A program made the position numbers and the translations under genes. Below, in pieces: positions 37,035 to 46,189 of a DNA stretch of 59,902 bases (its first letter is position 1; the number at the start of each line of letters is the position of its first letter). A model generated the notes under the pieces. That model was not told where the DNA came from. It searched no databases and saw only the letters and a list, made by a program, of their open reading frames with translations. Origin of the DNA: Bacteroidota bacterium (GTDB lineage: Bacteria; Bacteroidota; Ignavibacteria; UBA10030; UBA8401); assembly GCA_035500675.1 (NCBI GenBank), contig DATJXA010000132.1:1-59902 (forward strand), written 5' to 3'.

Positions 37035-39719
37035 TTATTTATTTTCCACCAGATTCTGCCAGTTAAAAATGAGCGACCCGTTTTTCAGAGATTGAGTGTT
37101 CAATGTCCGCGTCACCAAAATTTGTTTTCCGTCTCTCGAGATATCCATGACGTTTGTCTGAAATCCGGCGTCGATTTTAAACAGCTGTTTCGTTTGGCCG
37201 ACATTGATCTCATTTCCCGAGATGGTGACAGGGACTGAAAATACTTGCTGGTTATTGAGCGTGTACATAATCTCCCTGCCGTTATTGAGCCATCGGGGCT
37301 GCTCGCCACCGTTCGTCGATACCTGCCACTTGCTCGGTGAGCCGTCGGTCGGCCTGATGTAGACTTCGTTTTTGCCCGTTTCATCCGATTCATACGCGAA
37401 CCATTTTCCATCGGGCGAAAATGTCGCGAGCCATTCGTCAAACTCGGAGGTCAATAACGGAGTGTATTTCTTTTCTCTTATGTCGTACATCCCGACATCC
37501 CATTTTTGCACACCTTGCGTGTTGATGGACAGAAGCAATTTATTCCCATCATGTGAGACGTCGGTGACATAGGAACTGGTGTTCCCGGCATAGATCAAGT
37601 GCTCATCGCCTGTACCGTTGCTGTTTTTCTCGTAGATGCTGAAAACCCCGCTGGCGTTCGAGCTGAAATACACCTTGCTGTCGTCCGGCGACCATGAAGG
37701 GACGAGCTCGGTGCCTTTATCAAATGTAAGACGCGTGTCGGAGTTACGCTGAGTGTCATGGATCCATAAATCGGTATTCTTTGCCGATTCGTCCAATGCA
37801 TCGGTCGCAACGTATTTTCCGTCGGTGGAAAACGCCGCCCACGTTGTCGCAACTTTTGATTGCATCGTATGTTGGATGACGCCGTTCGCACCGTAAATGA
37901 CCATTTCATTATCGGATTTTGCCGTGCCGAGATACGCCAGTCGACCATCCCTCGAAAATGAAAAAGTCCCTTTGCTTCGCACCCTTGCGTATAAAACGCT
38001 TTCCAAAATCGGGATCGGCTCGCCTTTCAATTCCAAGGAACCGTCGTCGAATCGTTGGGCAAGCAAAGAATTTTGTTTATAATAGAGCACCCATCCGCGA
38101 TTGTAAACGATATTACTCGATGCGTGGACGACAATTTTATTCTTCGTATCGCCGAGAGAAGCTACACGAATATGGTCTGCGTCTTCCTCGAGCGACGGTT
38201 TGCTTGTCTGGACAGTGTAAAAGAAGTGGTCCCCGTCGGGCAAAAAATATGGCCAGCGATGATTTACTTCATACTCGGTCGAGTCGAGCCGAGTAAGTTG
38301 CTTCGCTGTTCCTCCTGCCGAAGAGACTTGATACAACGGCCCACTGCTGCTCGGCGCGAAGATAATCACCCCATCCTTATTCCACGTCCCGCCTCTTCCG
38401 TCCGTTGCGTCACAAACGGTGAATGACGGTCCCCCTTTTGCATCGATCTTTTTGAGCTTTCCGTCAGCAAAGTACGCGATCATTCTGCTGTCATACGACC
38501 AAAACGGATAGGACGCATTTTCAGTGCCCGATAAAAGCAAAGGCGTCGGTGCATCCAGTGGCCGCACCCAGAGGTGATCTTTCCCGAGAGAGTCGACAGC
38601 GACGAACGCAATCATGCTGCCGTCGGGGGAAATTTCCAGATGGCCTCCGACAGTTGAATTGAAAATATTTCCTTTAGGGGCTTCGAACGAGAGTTGAATC
38701 AACTCAGGCCCTTTCTTAATAAATAGAAAGTACCATCCTACGACAGCGATCAGCAACACCGACAAAGCAATCGAGGCAGCCATCCAAACATTGAAAGGTA
38801 ATGCCTTCTTCTGCGGAAGCGTTTCGTATTCCGCAGTTTGAGGAGCGATCCTCGTCCCGGATGAAATCTGGCTCTTGCGCACGGCAAGAATTCTGCTTGC
38901 GGTCTGGCGGCTCGATTCACGTTTAAGTTTTCGAAGATCCTTGACGATCTCCTTTGCGGATTGATACCGCTCGTCCGGGTCTTTTGCGAGACATTCAAGG
39001 AGAATTGCATCGAGGTCGGTGGGCACGTCTGGCTTGAGGATCGAGATCGGTTCGGCATCGACATTGACGATCTCGTAAATGATGGCGGTCTCATGAACGC
39101 CTTTGAACGGCGATTGCCCCGATATCAATTCATACAACAGAACGCCGAAGGAAAAGATATCGGTGCGGTGATCGACGTTGAACCCCTGCACCTGCTCGGG
39201 CGACATATACCCCACTGTTCCGACGGTATTGCCTTCCCGTGTCAGACGCGAAACGCCCTGAAGTTTCGCCAGGCCGAAATCCATGATCTGCACGAGACCG
39301 TCCTTCCGCAGCATCACATTTTCCGGCTTGATGTCCCGATGGACGATCCCCTTTTCATGGGCGGCAGCTAATCCCTCCGCAACCTGGATCCCGATGTCGA
39401 TCGATTGTTTGAAAGAAATATTGTTCTTCCTGTCGCGCAGCGTTTCACCGTCGATGAATTCCATTGCGATGAACAACTGGTCTTCATATTCCGCGACATC
39501 ATAGATCGTGCAGATATTGGGATGATTCAGAGTAGCGGCGGCTTTCGCCTCCTGCATAAATCGCTGGCGGTCGGACTCAGTGGAAGAGACGCTCTTCGTC
39601 AAAAATTTAAGTGCAACAAACCTGTCGAGTTTGGTGTCCCTGGCTTTATAGACGATGCCCATGCCACCTTCGCCAAGTTGCTCGAGAATTTCATACTGAA
39701 GAATCGTTTTACCAATCAT
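37035..39719 (-). CDS. Hanks-type Ser/Thr protein kinase (STK3) with TM and TolB/PD40 beta-propeller
   Basis: LGEGGMG, VALK, HRDIKPEN, DFG; TM; ISPDG, FWSYD, WSPDD, FSPDG repeats. Confidence 0.95.
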   Translation of the reverse strand: MIGKTILQYEILEQLGEGGMGIVYKARDTKLDRFVALKFLTKSVSSTESDRQRFMQEAKAAATLNHPNICTIYDVAEYEDQLFIAMEFIDGETLRDRKNNISFKQSIDIGIQVAEGLAAAHEKGIVHRDIKPENVMLRKDGLVQIMDFGLAKLQGVSRLTREGNTVGTVGYMSPEQVQGFNVDHRTDIFSFGVLLYELISGQSPFKGVHETAIIYEIVNVDAEPISILKPDVPTDLDAILLECLAKDPDERYQSAKEIVKDLRKLKRESSRQTASRILAVRKSQISSGTRIAPQTAEYETLPQKKALPFNVWMAASIALSVLLIAVVGWYFLFIKKGPELIQLSFEAPKGNIFNSTVGGHLEISPDGSMIAFVAVDSLGKDHLWVRPLDAPTPLLLSGTENASYPFWSYDSRMIAYFADGKLKKIDAKGGPSFTVCDATDGRGGTWNKDGVIIFAPSSSGPLYQVSSAGGTAKQLTRLDSTEYEVNHRWPYFLPDGDHFFYTVQTSKPSLEEDADHIRVASLGDTKNKIVVHASSNIVYNRGWVLYYKQNSLLAQRFDDGSLELKGEPIPILESVLYARVRSKGTFSFSRDGRLAYLGTAKSDNEMVIYGANGVIQHTMQSKVATTWAAFSTDGKYVATDALDESAKNTDLWIHDTQRNSDTRLTFDKGTELVPSWSPDDSKVYFSSNASGVFSIYEKNSNGTGDEHLIYAGNTSSYVTDVSHDGNKLLLSINTQGVQKWDVGMYDIREKKYTPLLTSEFDEWLATFSPDGKWFAYESDETGKNEVYIRPTDGSPSKWQVSTNGGEQPRWLNNGREIMYTLNNQQVFSVPVTISGNEINVGQTKQLFKIDAGFQTNVMDISRDGKQILVTRTLNTQSLKNGSLIFNWQNLVENK

Positions 39720-39862
39720 CGCATAATTTCCTTTCCCCTCCCGCCGAAAAACGGCGGGATTCTCAAAATCACTGCCACTCGCTGAGTAGGGCTCGTGGGT
39801 GATTTTGGAACTTCGCCCAGTTGCTCGAGAATTTCATACTGAAGAATTGTTTTACCGATCAC
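39668..39862 (-). repeat. 52-nt direct repeat (39811-39862 vs 39668-39719) flanking a 91-nt double-hairpin insert
   Basis: 48/52 identical; 3 synonymous changes plus GTG/ATG. Hairpins at 39764-39807 and 39739-39759. Confidence 0.9.
39716..39862 (-). CDS. Unannotated 48-aa leader ORF duplicating the STK3 N-terminus
   Basis: AAGGAG RBS then GTG; MIGKTILQYEILEQLGE-VPKSPTSPTQRVAVILRIPPFFGGRGKEIMR*. TGA overlaps the STK3 ATG (ATGA). Confidence 0.65.
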   Translation of the reverse strand: MIGKTILQYEILEQLGEVPKSPTSPTQRVAVILRIPPFFGGRGKEIMR

Positions 39863-39945
39863 AAGTCGCTCCTTTCAAACTGATAACTGCCACCGCACTC
39901 TACCGAACCCTCGATGTTAAACAAGAGAAGATAGGAGAAATCGTT

Positions 39946-40689
39946 TCAATGAGTGAACCATTCTGCCGTAAGACAGCGGTACACTTTTGTCGTCAGATCC
40001 TCGCTTGTCGCCGATGTTGTCGTCGCGCTCGCGTGAGAAACCCGCCAGCGGACCGAAGCCGGTAAAATTTTATAGATCGATTCCAACAGCTCGCCGATCG
40101 AATGGATACCGGGCGACTGAAGTTCAACGGTCTCGTCCCAGAATGAAATGACGTGGAACTTGTGCTGTTGACGGAGAAGGATCAGGTCGATGAACCCTTT
40201 ATGAGCTTTATATTTTGGATGGATCTCAGACGCGAAAAGAGCTTCGAATGTATTGACTTGATCTTCCTGGACAGTGAGCTCAAGGATCTGAACGGCAAAC
40301 GGTTTCGCTTTGAGCTTGCTGATGTTCTCCGAGCCGGCGACGGATCCGTCAAATCGTTCGATTGTCGGCTCTATTTGGATCGGAGTGTATTCGAGAGACA
40401 GGTCTTCCGTCAACTCCAGTTTCCATTCGTTTGAATCGGCAAAATATGGCCGGAGCGAATCGACCAATTTAGTATACAAGCCGCTCTTTTCATAGTCTTC
40501 CGAATCTTTGCGGGATTTCCAGATTGTGAGGGAAATACATTCCTGCGGTTTGTCGGTATTTTGGAGCAGCGAGGCAAATGCGCATCCCTTTGTGGAGCGA
40601 AGAGCAGAGAGCACCGACTGCGCATAGGCCTCGGCATTCTTCTCCGATTCCTCGGCGCGTATGATGTGAGTGACAAGCCTTAGAAACAT
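39946..40689 (-). CDS. Tandem ABM (dimeric alpha/beta-barrel) domain protein
   Basis: ALRSTKGCAFASLLQ...ISLTIWKSRKDSEDYE; second repeat HKGFIDLILL...VISFWD. Confidence 0.75.
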   Translation of the reverse strand: MFLRLVTHIIRAEESEKNAEAYAQSVLSALRSTKGCAFASLLQNTDKPQECISLTIWKSRKDSEDYEKSGLYTKLVDSLRPYFADSNEWKLELTEDLSLEYTPIQIEPTIERFDGSVAGSENISKLKAKPFAVQILELTVQEDQVNTFEALFASEIHPKYKAHKGFIDLILLRQQHKFHVISFWDETVELQSPGIHSIGELLESIYKILPASVRWRVSHASATTTSATSEDLTTKVYRCLTAEWFTH

Positions 40690-40732
40690 CGCTTCCTCAT
40701 CTGCAATTGTGGTGGGGACGACGATACTGTTT

Positions 40733-42031
40733 TTATTGCACTCGCTTAATGACCATCATCGTGATGTCGTCGGATTGGGGATGAGCGCCGGCATGTTTTC
40801 TCACTTCTTTGACCACCGCGTCGATGATGTCCTCGGCCGAACGGTTCCGTTGTTCGAGCAAGAGAGTTTGAAGGCGTTCATCCCCAAACTGCTCTTGATT
40901 GCTGTTCATCGCTTCGCTCACGCCGTCGGATTGGACGACCAGAATGTCCCCGGCGCGCATATCGATCCGTTCATCTTCATATTCTGCCTGAGGGAGTAAT
41001 CCGATCATCAGTCCGCCAGTTTTCAGCCGCTGGATCGTCCCATCGCTGCCGATCAAAAAAGGCCAGTCGTGACCGGCGTTGGAATAGTGTATGTTGTGAT
41101 GTTCGACGTCGATGATGCCGTAGAAAAGCGTTGCAAACTTTTCGGGGCTTGTGCTTTCGTACAGCAATTTATTCGAGCGCAAAAGACATTCGGAGGGCGC
41201 TTGAGACACCAGCGTCTGCCCTCGAAGCGTCGCTTGAAGGTTTGCCATGAGGAGCGATGCCGGCAGCCCTTTGCCCGAAACATCTCCGAGGCATAACGCC
41301 ATGCGTCCGTCGCTTTTCGGAATGAAATCGAAATAGTCGCCGCCGATAGACTGAGCGGCGATCGTGCGCGCAAAGATGTCGTACCCTTCAAGGCCCGGGT
41401 TGCTCCGGGGCAAAAGGTCTCGCTGGATTTTTGCCGCGAGGCCGACCTCCTGCTGCATCTTGATATACAGTTTCTCCTCTTCGATCAATCGGGCGTTCTC
41501 GACGACCTGCGCGGATTGCGCCGAGATGATTGCGAGAAGACGCTGGTCGTCCGTGTTGAACGATTGTCCTTCCTTCTTATTATAAACGGTGAGGACGCCG
41601 CGCAGCTCGGATTTGACGATCAAGGGCACGCACAAAAGCGTTCTGATATTGTCGTCCCAGTGTACACCTCGGAAACGTACGTCGTTTGCCGGATCGTCCA
41701 CGCTCAGCGGTTTTTTATTCAGGTGCATCCAACCGATCAACGCCTGGTGCATGTGAAATGCCGGCGCGCCCGCTGAAGACACCATCGTGCGGATCAGCGT
41801 CTTCATCGACTTCTGCTCTTCTTCCACCAGTGTGATGACACCTTGTTCCGCGTTGACTGCCCTGAGAGATTTCCGGATCAGCGTCTGCATGATCTCTTCG
41901 GCGTTCAACGAAGCGCTGATGGCCCGCGCGATGTCGTTGAGAATGGAAAGTTCTTCAACCGCACGGCGAAGCCTGCGCACTTCATCTTGAAGCGCATCGA
42001 TGGATTGAGTGGGTTGAGGTTTTTCAGCCAT
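40733..42031 (-). CDS. GAF + SpoIIE/PP2C Ser/Thr phosphatase (RsbU-like)
   Basis: GAF domain; IGGDYFD, GDVSGKGLPA, SNAGH, SDGVSEA, SDDITM. Confidence 0.93.
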   Translation of the reverse strand: MAEKPQPTQSIDALQDEVRRLRRAVEELSILNDIARAISASLNAEEIMQTLIRKSLRAVNAEQGVITLVEEEQKSMKTLIRTMVSSAGAPAFHMHQALIGWMHLNKKPLSVDDPANDVRFRGVHWDDNIRTLLCVPLIVKSELRGVLTVYNKKEGQSFNTDDQRLLAIISAQSAQVVENARLIEEEKLYIKMQQEVGLAAKIQRDLLPRSNPGLEGYDIFARTIAAQSIGGDYFDFIPKSDGRMALCLGDVSGKGLPASLLMANLQATLRGQTLVSQAPSECLLRSNKLLYESTSPEKFATLFYGIIDVEHHNIHYSNAGHDWPFLIGSDGTIQRLKTGGLMIGLLPQAEYEDERIDMRAGDILVVQSDGVSEAMNSNQEQFGDERLQTLLLEQRNRSAEDIIDAVVKEVRKHAGAHPQSDDITMMVIKRVQ

Positions 42032-42665
42032 TCGGTATTCATTCCTTGAAAACGATTATGAGCATGCGCTGAACAATTCTTCAACAGCGACGATTTCGTC
42101 AGAAAAGATCTACTCTATCTCAATTATCCAAAAGAGAGAGTTATGGTGTGTGGCTCTGCACTGGATATTAAGGCGATTCAACAGCGGCGGGATCGACAAA
42201 TTGGGGCAAGAATCTTGCCATTTTGTTCATTCACAATGGTTTACGCCTACAAATGTCCGTCAAAAGTACTCTTTCCGGTTGCTATTGTCAAGACAACACG
42301 ACGCGTGGCAATGGAACTGTCGTAGAAATACGGGATTGAAGGGATAAAAAAGCAGGATTGAGTCGTGGTTCAACTGGAAGTTTTCTCAAAAACATCTCAT
42401 CGTTCATTCAAAGGGAACAAATTGATGTGCCCCTTGTCAAGGTCAGGATGAACGCAGAATAAACGAAACAGCTGGTTCCATTTTCTTTAACGATCGCTAA
42501 AATGATTGATGCCATGGTTTGAAGCCATGGCATCGCTCATTACACCTAATAGCTTTAATTTACGGAAGCGCTTTCGGTCAGTGCAGATATTTTTTTGTCC
42601 GAAACAGTTATCTCTTGACAACTCGGACTGATCTTATTTTCTACTCTTTTAAAAATGTCATCCCC

Positions 42666-43439
42666 TCACTTTACCGCCCGTATTGTCCAAAAATCGTCCG
42701 AGAGATTTGCCTCGAGAAGATAAGAATACGGAAGCGTGAAGTAGTCTTTCATACCCCATCCCGTTCCCCACGAATTGCGCACGATGAACCATTGCTTGGC
42801 ATCGTCGTAGCCGACTGCAACAACGGCATGTCCTCCCTCCATTTGTTCATTCGGCTTCGGCATCGCGGCATGCCCGGTCTTTGCAACGGAAGCGCTCATA
42901 AAACTTTCGTAGACCGAAAAACCGAACACGAACGGATAGCCCGAAGCAAGACATCCCTTCATTTGATTAGCAGTTCTGGATACGCGTTGATACAACACCG
43001 CTTGATGCATTTTTGCATAACTGTAACATGATGCTGGAGGCTTGTCTTGAAAGTTTGTAATGTCGTACGGCCAAAGAGATTCCGGGCAATCTCCTTGCTT
43101 TCCAACGCTCTTGATCCCGTCGCGGATTTGCGCACCGCTGTCCGAGTCTACTGTTCCCTCCATCGCCCGCTCGTTGTAATAGATGAACAACCGCGACGGC
43201 ATAAAGTACTTTATTTTCTGTTTCATCTGGTCGAACTCGATCGCGGCCGCAATGGCATTTGCCGTGCAACTCCCGAGCTGCCCTTGATCGTACACCGGCG
43301 GACATTTTCCCCGTAGGTCTACCTTCGCGGGCAGTTTTGCCAGCCATTCAACGGGCGCAGCATACACATGATCCCGATGGTCGGGCACATCCGGCACCCA
43401 GCCGAGATGCGGTTTAGATAAAGAACGTACGCTTTTCAT
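42666..43439 (-). CDS. C1 (papain-family) cysteine peptidase
   Basis: DQGQLGSCTAN, GGHAV, RNSWG. GAGGAG RBS before the ATG at 43439. Confidence 0.92.
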   Translation of the reverse strand: MKSVRSLSKPHLGWVPDVPDHRDHVYAAPVEWLAKLPAKVDLRGKCPPVYDQGQLGSCTANAIAAAIEFDQMKQKIKYFMPSRLFIYYNERAMEGTVDSDSGAQIRDGIKSVGKQGDCPESLWPYDITNFQDKPPASCYSYAKMHQAVLYQRVSRTANQMKGCLASGYPFVFGFSVYESFMSASVAKTGHAAMPKPNEQMEGGHAVVAVGYDDAKQWFIVRNSWGTGWGMKDYFTLPYSYLLEANLSDDFWTIRAVK

Positions 43440-43858
43440 TGAGCCCTCCTCTGAAATATATTGTGTGACCAAAAAAATGTTTTGTTGTGGCCATCGCGGA
43501 TTGCCGGTGAGAAAAAATATATCTCTCACTGCAAAACTGCGTTTTTGCGTGCTTATGGTCTAAAAAAGGGGATAAGGAAATCGGTTGGACGGATGTGCTG
43601 CAACCATAGTAACCAATCCCTCCGTTTTTGGTTCTCTCCTTGATTGCTTCGATTAGAGGATACCCAATTCCCTTAATCTAACGGCAAAAATAAGCTGTTT
43701 TGGAAGAGAAGTCAAGTAATTTTTTGAATACTATGAAAATTTGCGATTGAGGCTTTTGCATCCCCCTAACAGGCAGTATGGTTAAAATCCTTGAGGCTCA
43801 ACGCGCGGGAAAGGAGACAACAATGCGGTACTAAAGGAAAGCGATGCTTGTGATAGAA

Positions 43859-46171
43859 TTATGTTCTTGGCTCACCAAGGACATTTCGTATCGTATTAAG
43901 CATTTCGTTCGGCACAAACGGCTTCTGAATAAAATCTTTCGCGCCGGTCTCAAATATTGTTTTCTTTTGGTCGGGTTCAACGTAACCGCTTGTGAGGATA
44001 AATTTGACCGACGGATTGATCTTCAGCAATTGCTTTAACACTTCATGCCCGTCTATCTTCGGTAAGCCTAAGTCGCACACAACGAGGTCTATTTCTTTTT
44101 TATGCGAGCGATATATTTCAACCGCTTGTTCCCCATCGGAAGCGGTAAGCACGTGATATCCTTTCCCTTCCATCGATGCCAACGCCAATTCCTTGAGCAC
44201 ATCTTCATCTTCGACAAGGAGAATTGTCTCCGTTCCTCCGGGGCCTTCGCCTGAGAGGTCTTTTTTTAATTCGCCGCCTTCTACTACCTCCGGGGTATCG
44301 GGAAAGTATAAAGAAAACATCGTCCCCTTACCCGGAGCGGTTGTCAGATCGATGAATCCATAATGGAGCTCCATGATGCCAAATACGACCGAGAGCCCTA
44401 GGCCAGTTCCTTTTCCCAGCTCTTTCGTCGTAAAAAACGGCTCGAAAATGCGGCGGCGAGTTTCCTCATCCATTCCCGTTCCCGTATCGCTCACTTCGAC
44501 GAGAACGTGATTGATGTTCTTTGCTTTTGGAAATTTCGCAATAACGTTCGTGCCTTTTGCCTGCTTCGTTTTTATCGTTATGACTCCTCCGTTGGGCATA
44601 GCGTCGCGGGCGTTGATGCTGAGATTGAGGAGGACTTGATGTATTTGCGTTGCATCCGCATAGATCAAGGGGAGGTCTTGTGCGAGCTCAGTTGAAACGG
44701 TAATAGTCTTGGGGAGAGTTTGACTCAGGAGCGAAGTAAGTTCTTTGACTGAATCGTTCAAGGAAACTCGACTAAAGAGAACGTCGCTCTTGCGCGCGAA
44801 TGTCAGGAGTTGGCGGACGAGACCCGCACCGCGCTGCGCGGCTTTGGTGATCGTGCTGATGCTCTGAGAGACCTTTTCCTTATCGATACGGCCGCGCTCG
44901 ATAATCGTGCTATGTCCGATGATGATGCCGAGGATATTGTTGAAATCGTGGGCGATCCCGCCGGCGAGCGTCCCGAGGCTTTCAAGCTTTTGTGCCTGGA
45001 TCAACTGATGCTCCAACGATTTCCGTTTGGTATCGTCGAGCATGTATGAGTTGATCCAGAGGAGGTTATGCTTGTCATCAAACTTCCCTACAACGTTCGC
45101 AATAACATCCACCGGGGCACCGGTTTTGTTCACCATCGAGATACCTTGGTTTTCCACTTGCCACCGCGATCGTATTTTTCGGATCAACTTGTCCCTGTCC
45201 TCCGAGTGCTTATACAAACGAGTCATATTCATCGACTTGGCTTCCTCGACGGAAGCGAATCCAAACAGCCGCACGAAAGCTGGATTACATTCCAAAATGG
45301 CGCCATCTGGCATCGAGGCGACGGTTGCGGCAAGATTGCTTTCAAAAAGATTCTGATATTTTTCTTTCGATTCTTTGAGCGACTCCCGTGCTTTTTTCTG
45401 TTCCGTAACGTCCCTGCCGATTCCGACAAGGCCCGTGATCTCTCCCTTCTGATTTCTGAGAGGCAGTTTCGTAGTGAGAAGCCAGTGCTTTTGCCCATCC
45501 CCGTCAATAAAATATTCTTCTTTATCGACGATCGGAGTCCCTGTGCGTATGACGCTCATGTCGTCCGCGTGAAACCCCTCCGCCAATGCTTTTGGGAAGA
45601 AGGCAAAGTCGTCCTTTCCCAACGCTTCATCCTCGGACTGCAACCCCATGTTGCGCAAATCCGCCAGGTTTGCGAGCGTTTTGCGGCCTTGCAAGTCTTT
45701 GACATAGATCGCATCGGGCAAATTATCAATGACGGTGCGTAGGAGAATTCTCTCTTGCTTAAGGTCTTCGTTCGCCTTTTTTTGAAGCTTGCGCGCCTGG
45801 GCGTCTTCAAGGGCACGCTTAATTGCAGGGATCAGGCGTGCGTTCTTGCTCTTCAGGACGTAATCCGTTGCTCCGCGAACCATGCCTTCGATGGCTGCGT
45901 CCTCGCCGATCGTACCCGATACGAAGACAAACGGGGTCTCCGGGCACTTTACCCGCGCAATTTCCAAAGCAGATTTTCCGTCAAAGGATGGCAGCGAGAA
46001 ATCGGAAATGATGAGGTCGTACGGCATCTGATCGATCGCGTTGGTAAATTCATCACGGGTCTGCACGACCTGAATGACACAAGGAATTGCGGCTTCGTCC
46101 AATTTGGCGCGCAGAAATTCGGCGTCGGTCGGATTGTCTTCGAGATGTAAAATATTCAACATCGTGGCCAT
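43859..46171 (-). CDS. Hybrid kinase REC-PAS-PAS-HisKA-HATPase-REC
   Basis: N-terminal receiver, IAHDFNNIL H-box, GTGLGL, C-terminal receiver. Confidence 0.93.
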   Translation of the reverse strand: MATMLNILHLEDNPTDAEFLRAKLDEAAIPCVIQVVQTRDEFTNAIDQMPYDLIISDFSLPSFDGKSALEIARVKCPETPFVFVSGTIGEDAAIEGMVRGATDYVLKSKNARLIPAIKRALEDAQARKLQKKANEDLKQERILLRTVIDNLPDAIYVKDLQGRKTLANLADLRNMGLQSEDEALGKDDFAFFPKALAEGFHADDMSVIRTGTPIVDKEEYFIDGDGQKHWLLTTKLPLRNQKGEITGLVGIGRDVTEQKKARESLKESKEKYQNLFESNLAATVASMPDGAILECNPAFVRLFGFASVEEAKSMNMTRLYKHSEDRDKLIRKIRSRWQVENQGISMVNKTGAPVDVIANVVGKFDDKHNLLWINSYMLDDTKRKSLEHQLIQAQKLESLGTLAGGIAHDFNNILGIIIGHSTIIERGRIDKEKVSQSISTITKAAQRGAGLVRQLLTFARKSDVLFSRVSLNDSVKELTSLLSQTLPKTITVSTELAQDLPLIYADATQIHQVLLNLSINARDAMPNGGVITIKTKQAKGTNVIAKFPKAKNINHVLVEVSDTGTGMDEETRRRIFEPFFTTKELGKGTGLGLSVVFGIMELHYGFIDLTTAPGKGTMFSLYFPDTPEVVEGGELKKDLSGEGPGGTETILLVEDEDVLKELALASMEGKGYHVLTASDGEQAVEIYRSHKKEIDLVVCDLGLPKIDGHEVLKQLLKINPSVKFILTSGYVEPDQKKTIFETGAKDFIQKPFVPNEMLNTIRNVLGEPRT

Positions 46172-46189
46172 TGGGACCTCTCGACTCGC

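Noticed and set aside
36835-39862. Diversity-generating retroelement (TR/VR) explanation of the 52-nt direct repeats
   Set aside because: Mismatches are not adenine-specific (C/T, G/T, C/A occur), they are synonymous, they lie at gene 5' ends, and there is no reverse transcriptase in the window.
36883-39862. Stop readthrough, -1 frameshift or gene-60-type ribosomal bypass fusing leader and kinase
   Set aside because: The leaders are out of frame with the kinases. The A_AAT_TTT heptamer in the STK2 leader leads to a TGA in the -1 frame, and no slippery site is shared with the STK3 leader. There is no stop codon just after a putative take-off codon. Not excluded, but unsupported.
42032-42665. 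Hidden gene or riboswitch in the 630-bp intergenic region (including ORF 42519-43031 +)
   Set aside because: Only a small imperfect hairpin is visible, there is no recognisable ncRNA motif, and the ORF overlaps the C1 peptidase antisense.
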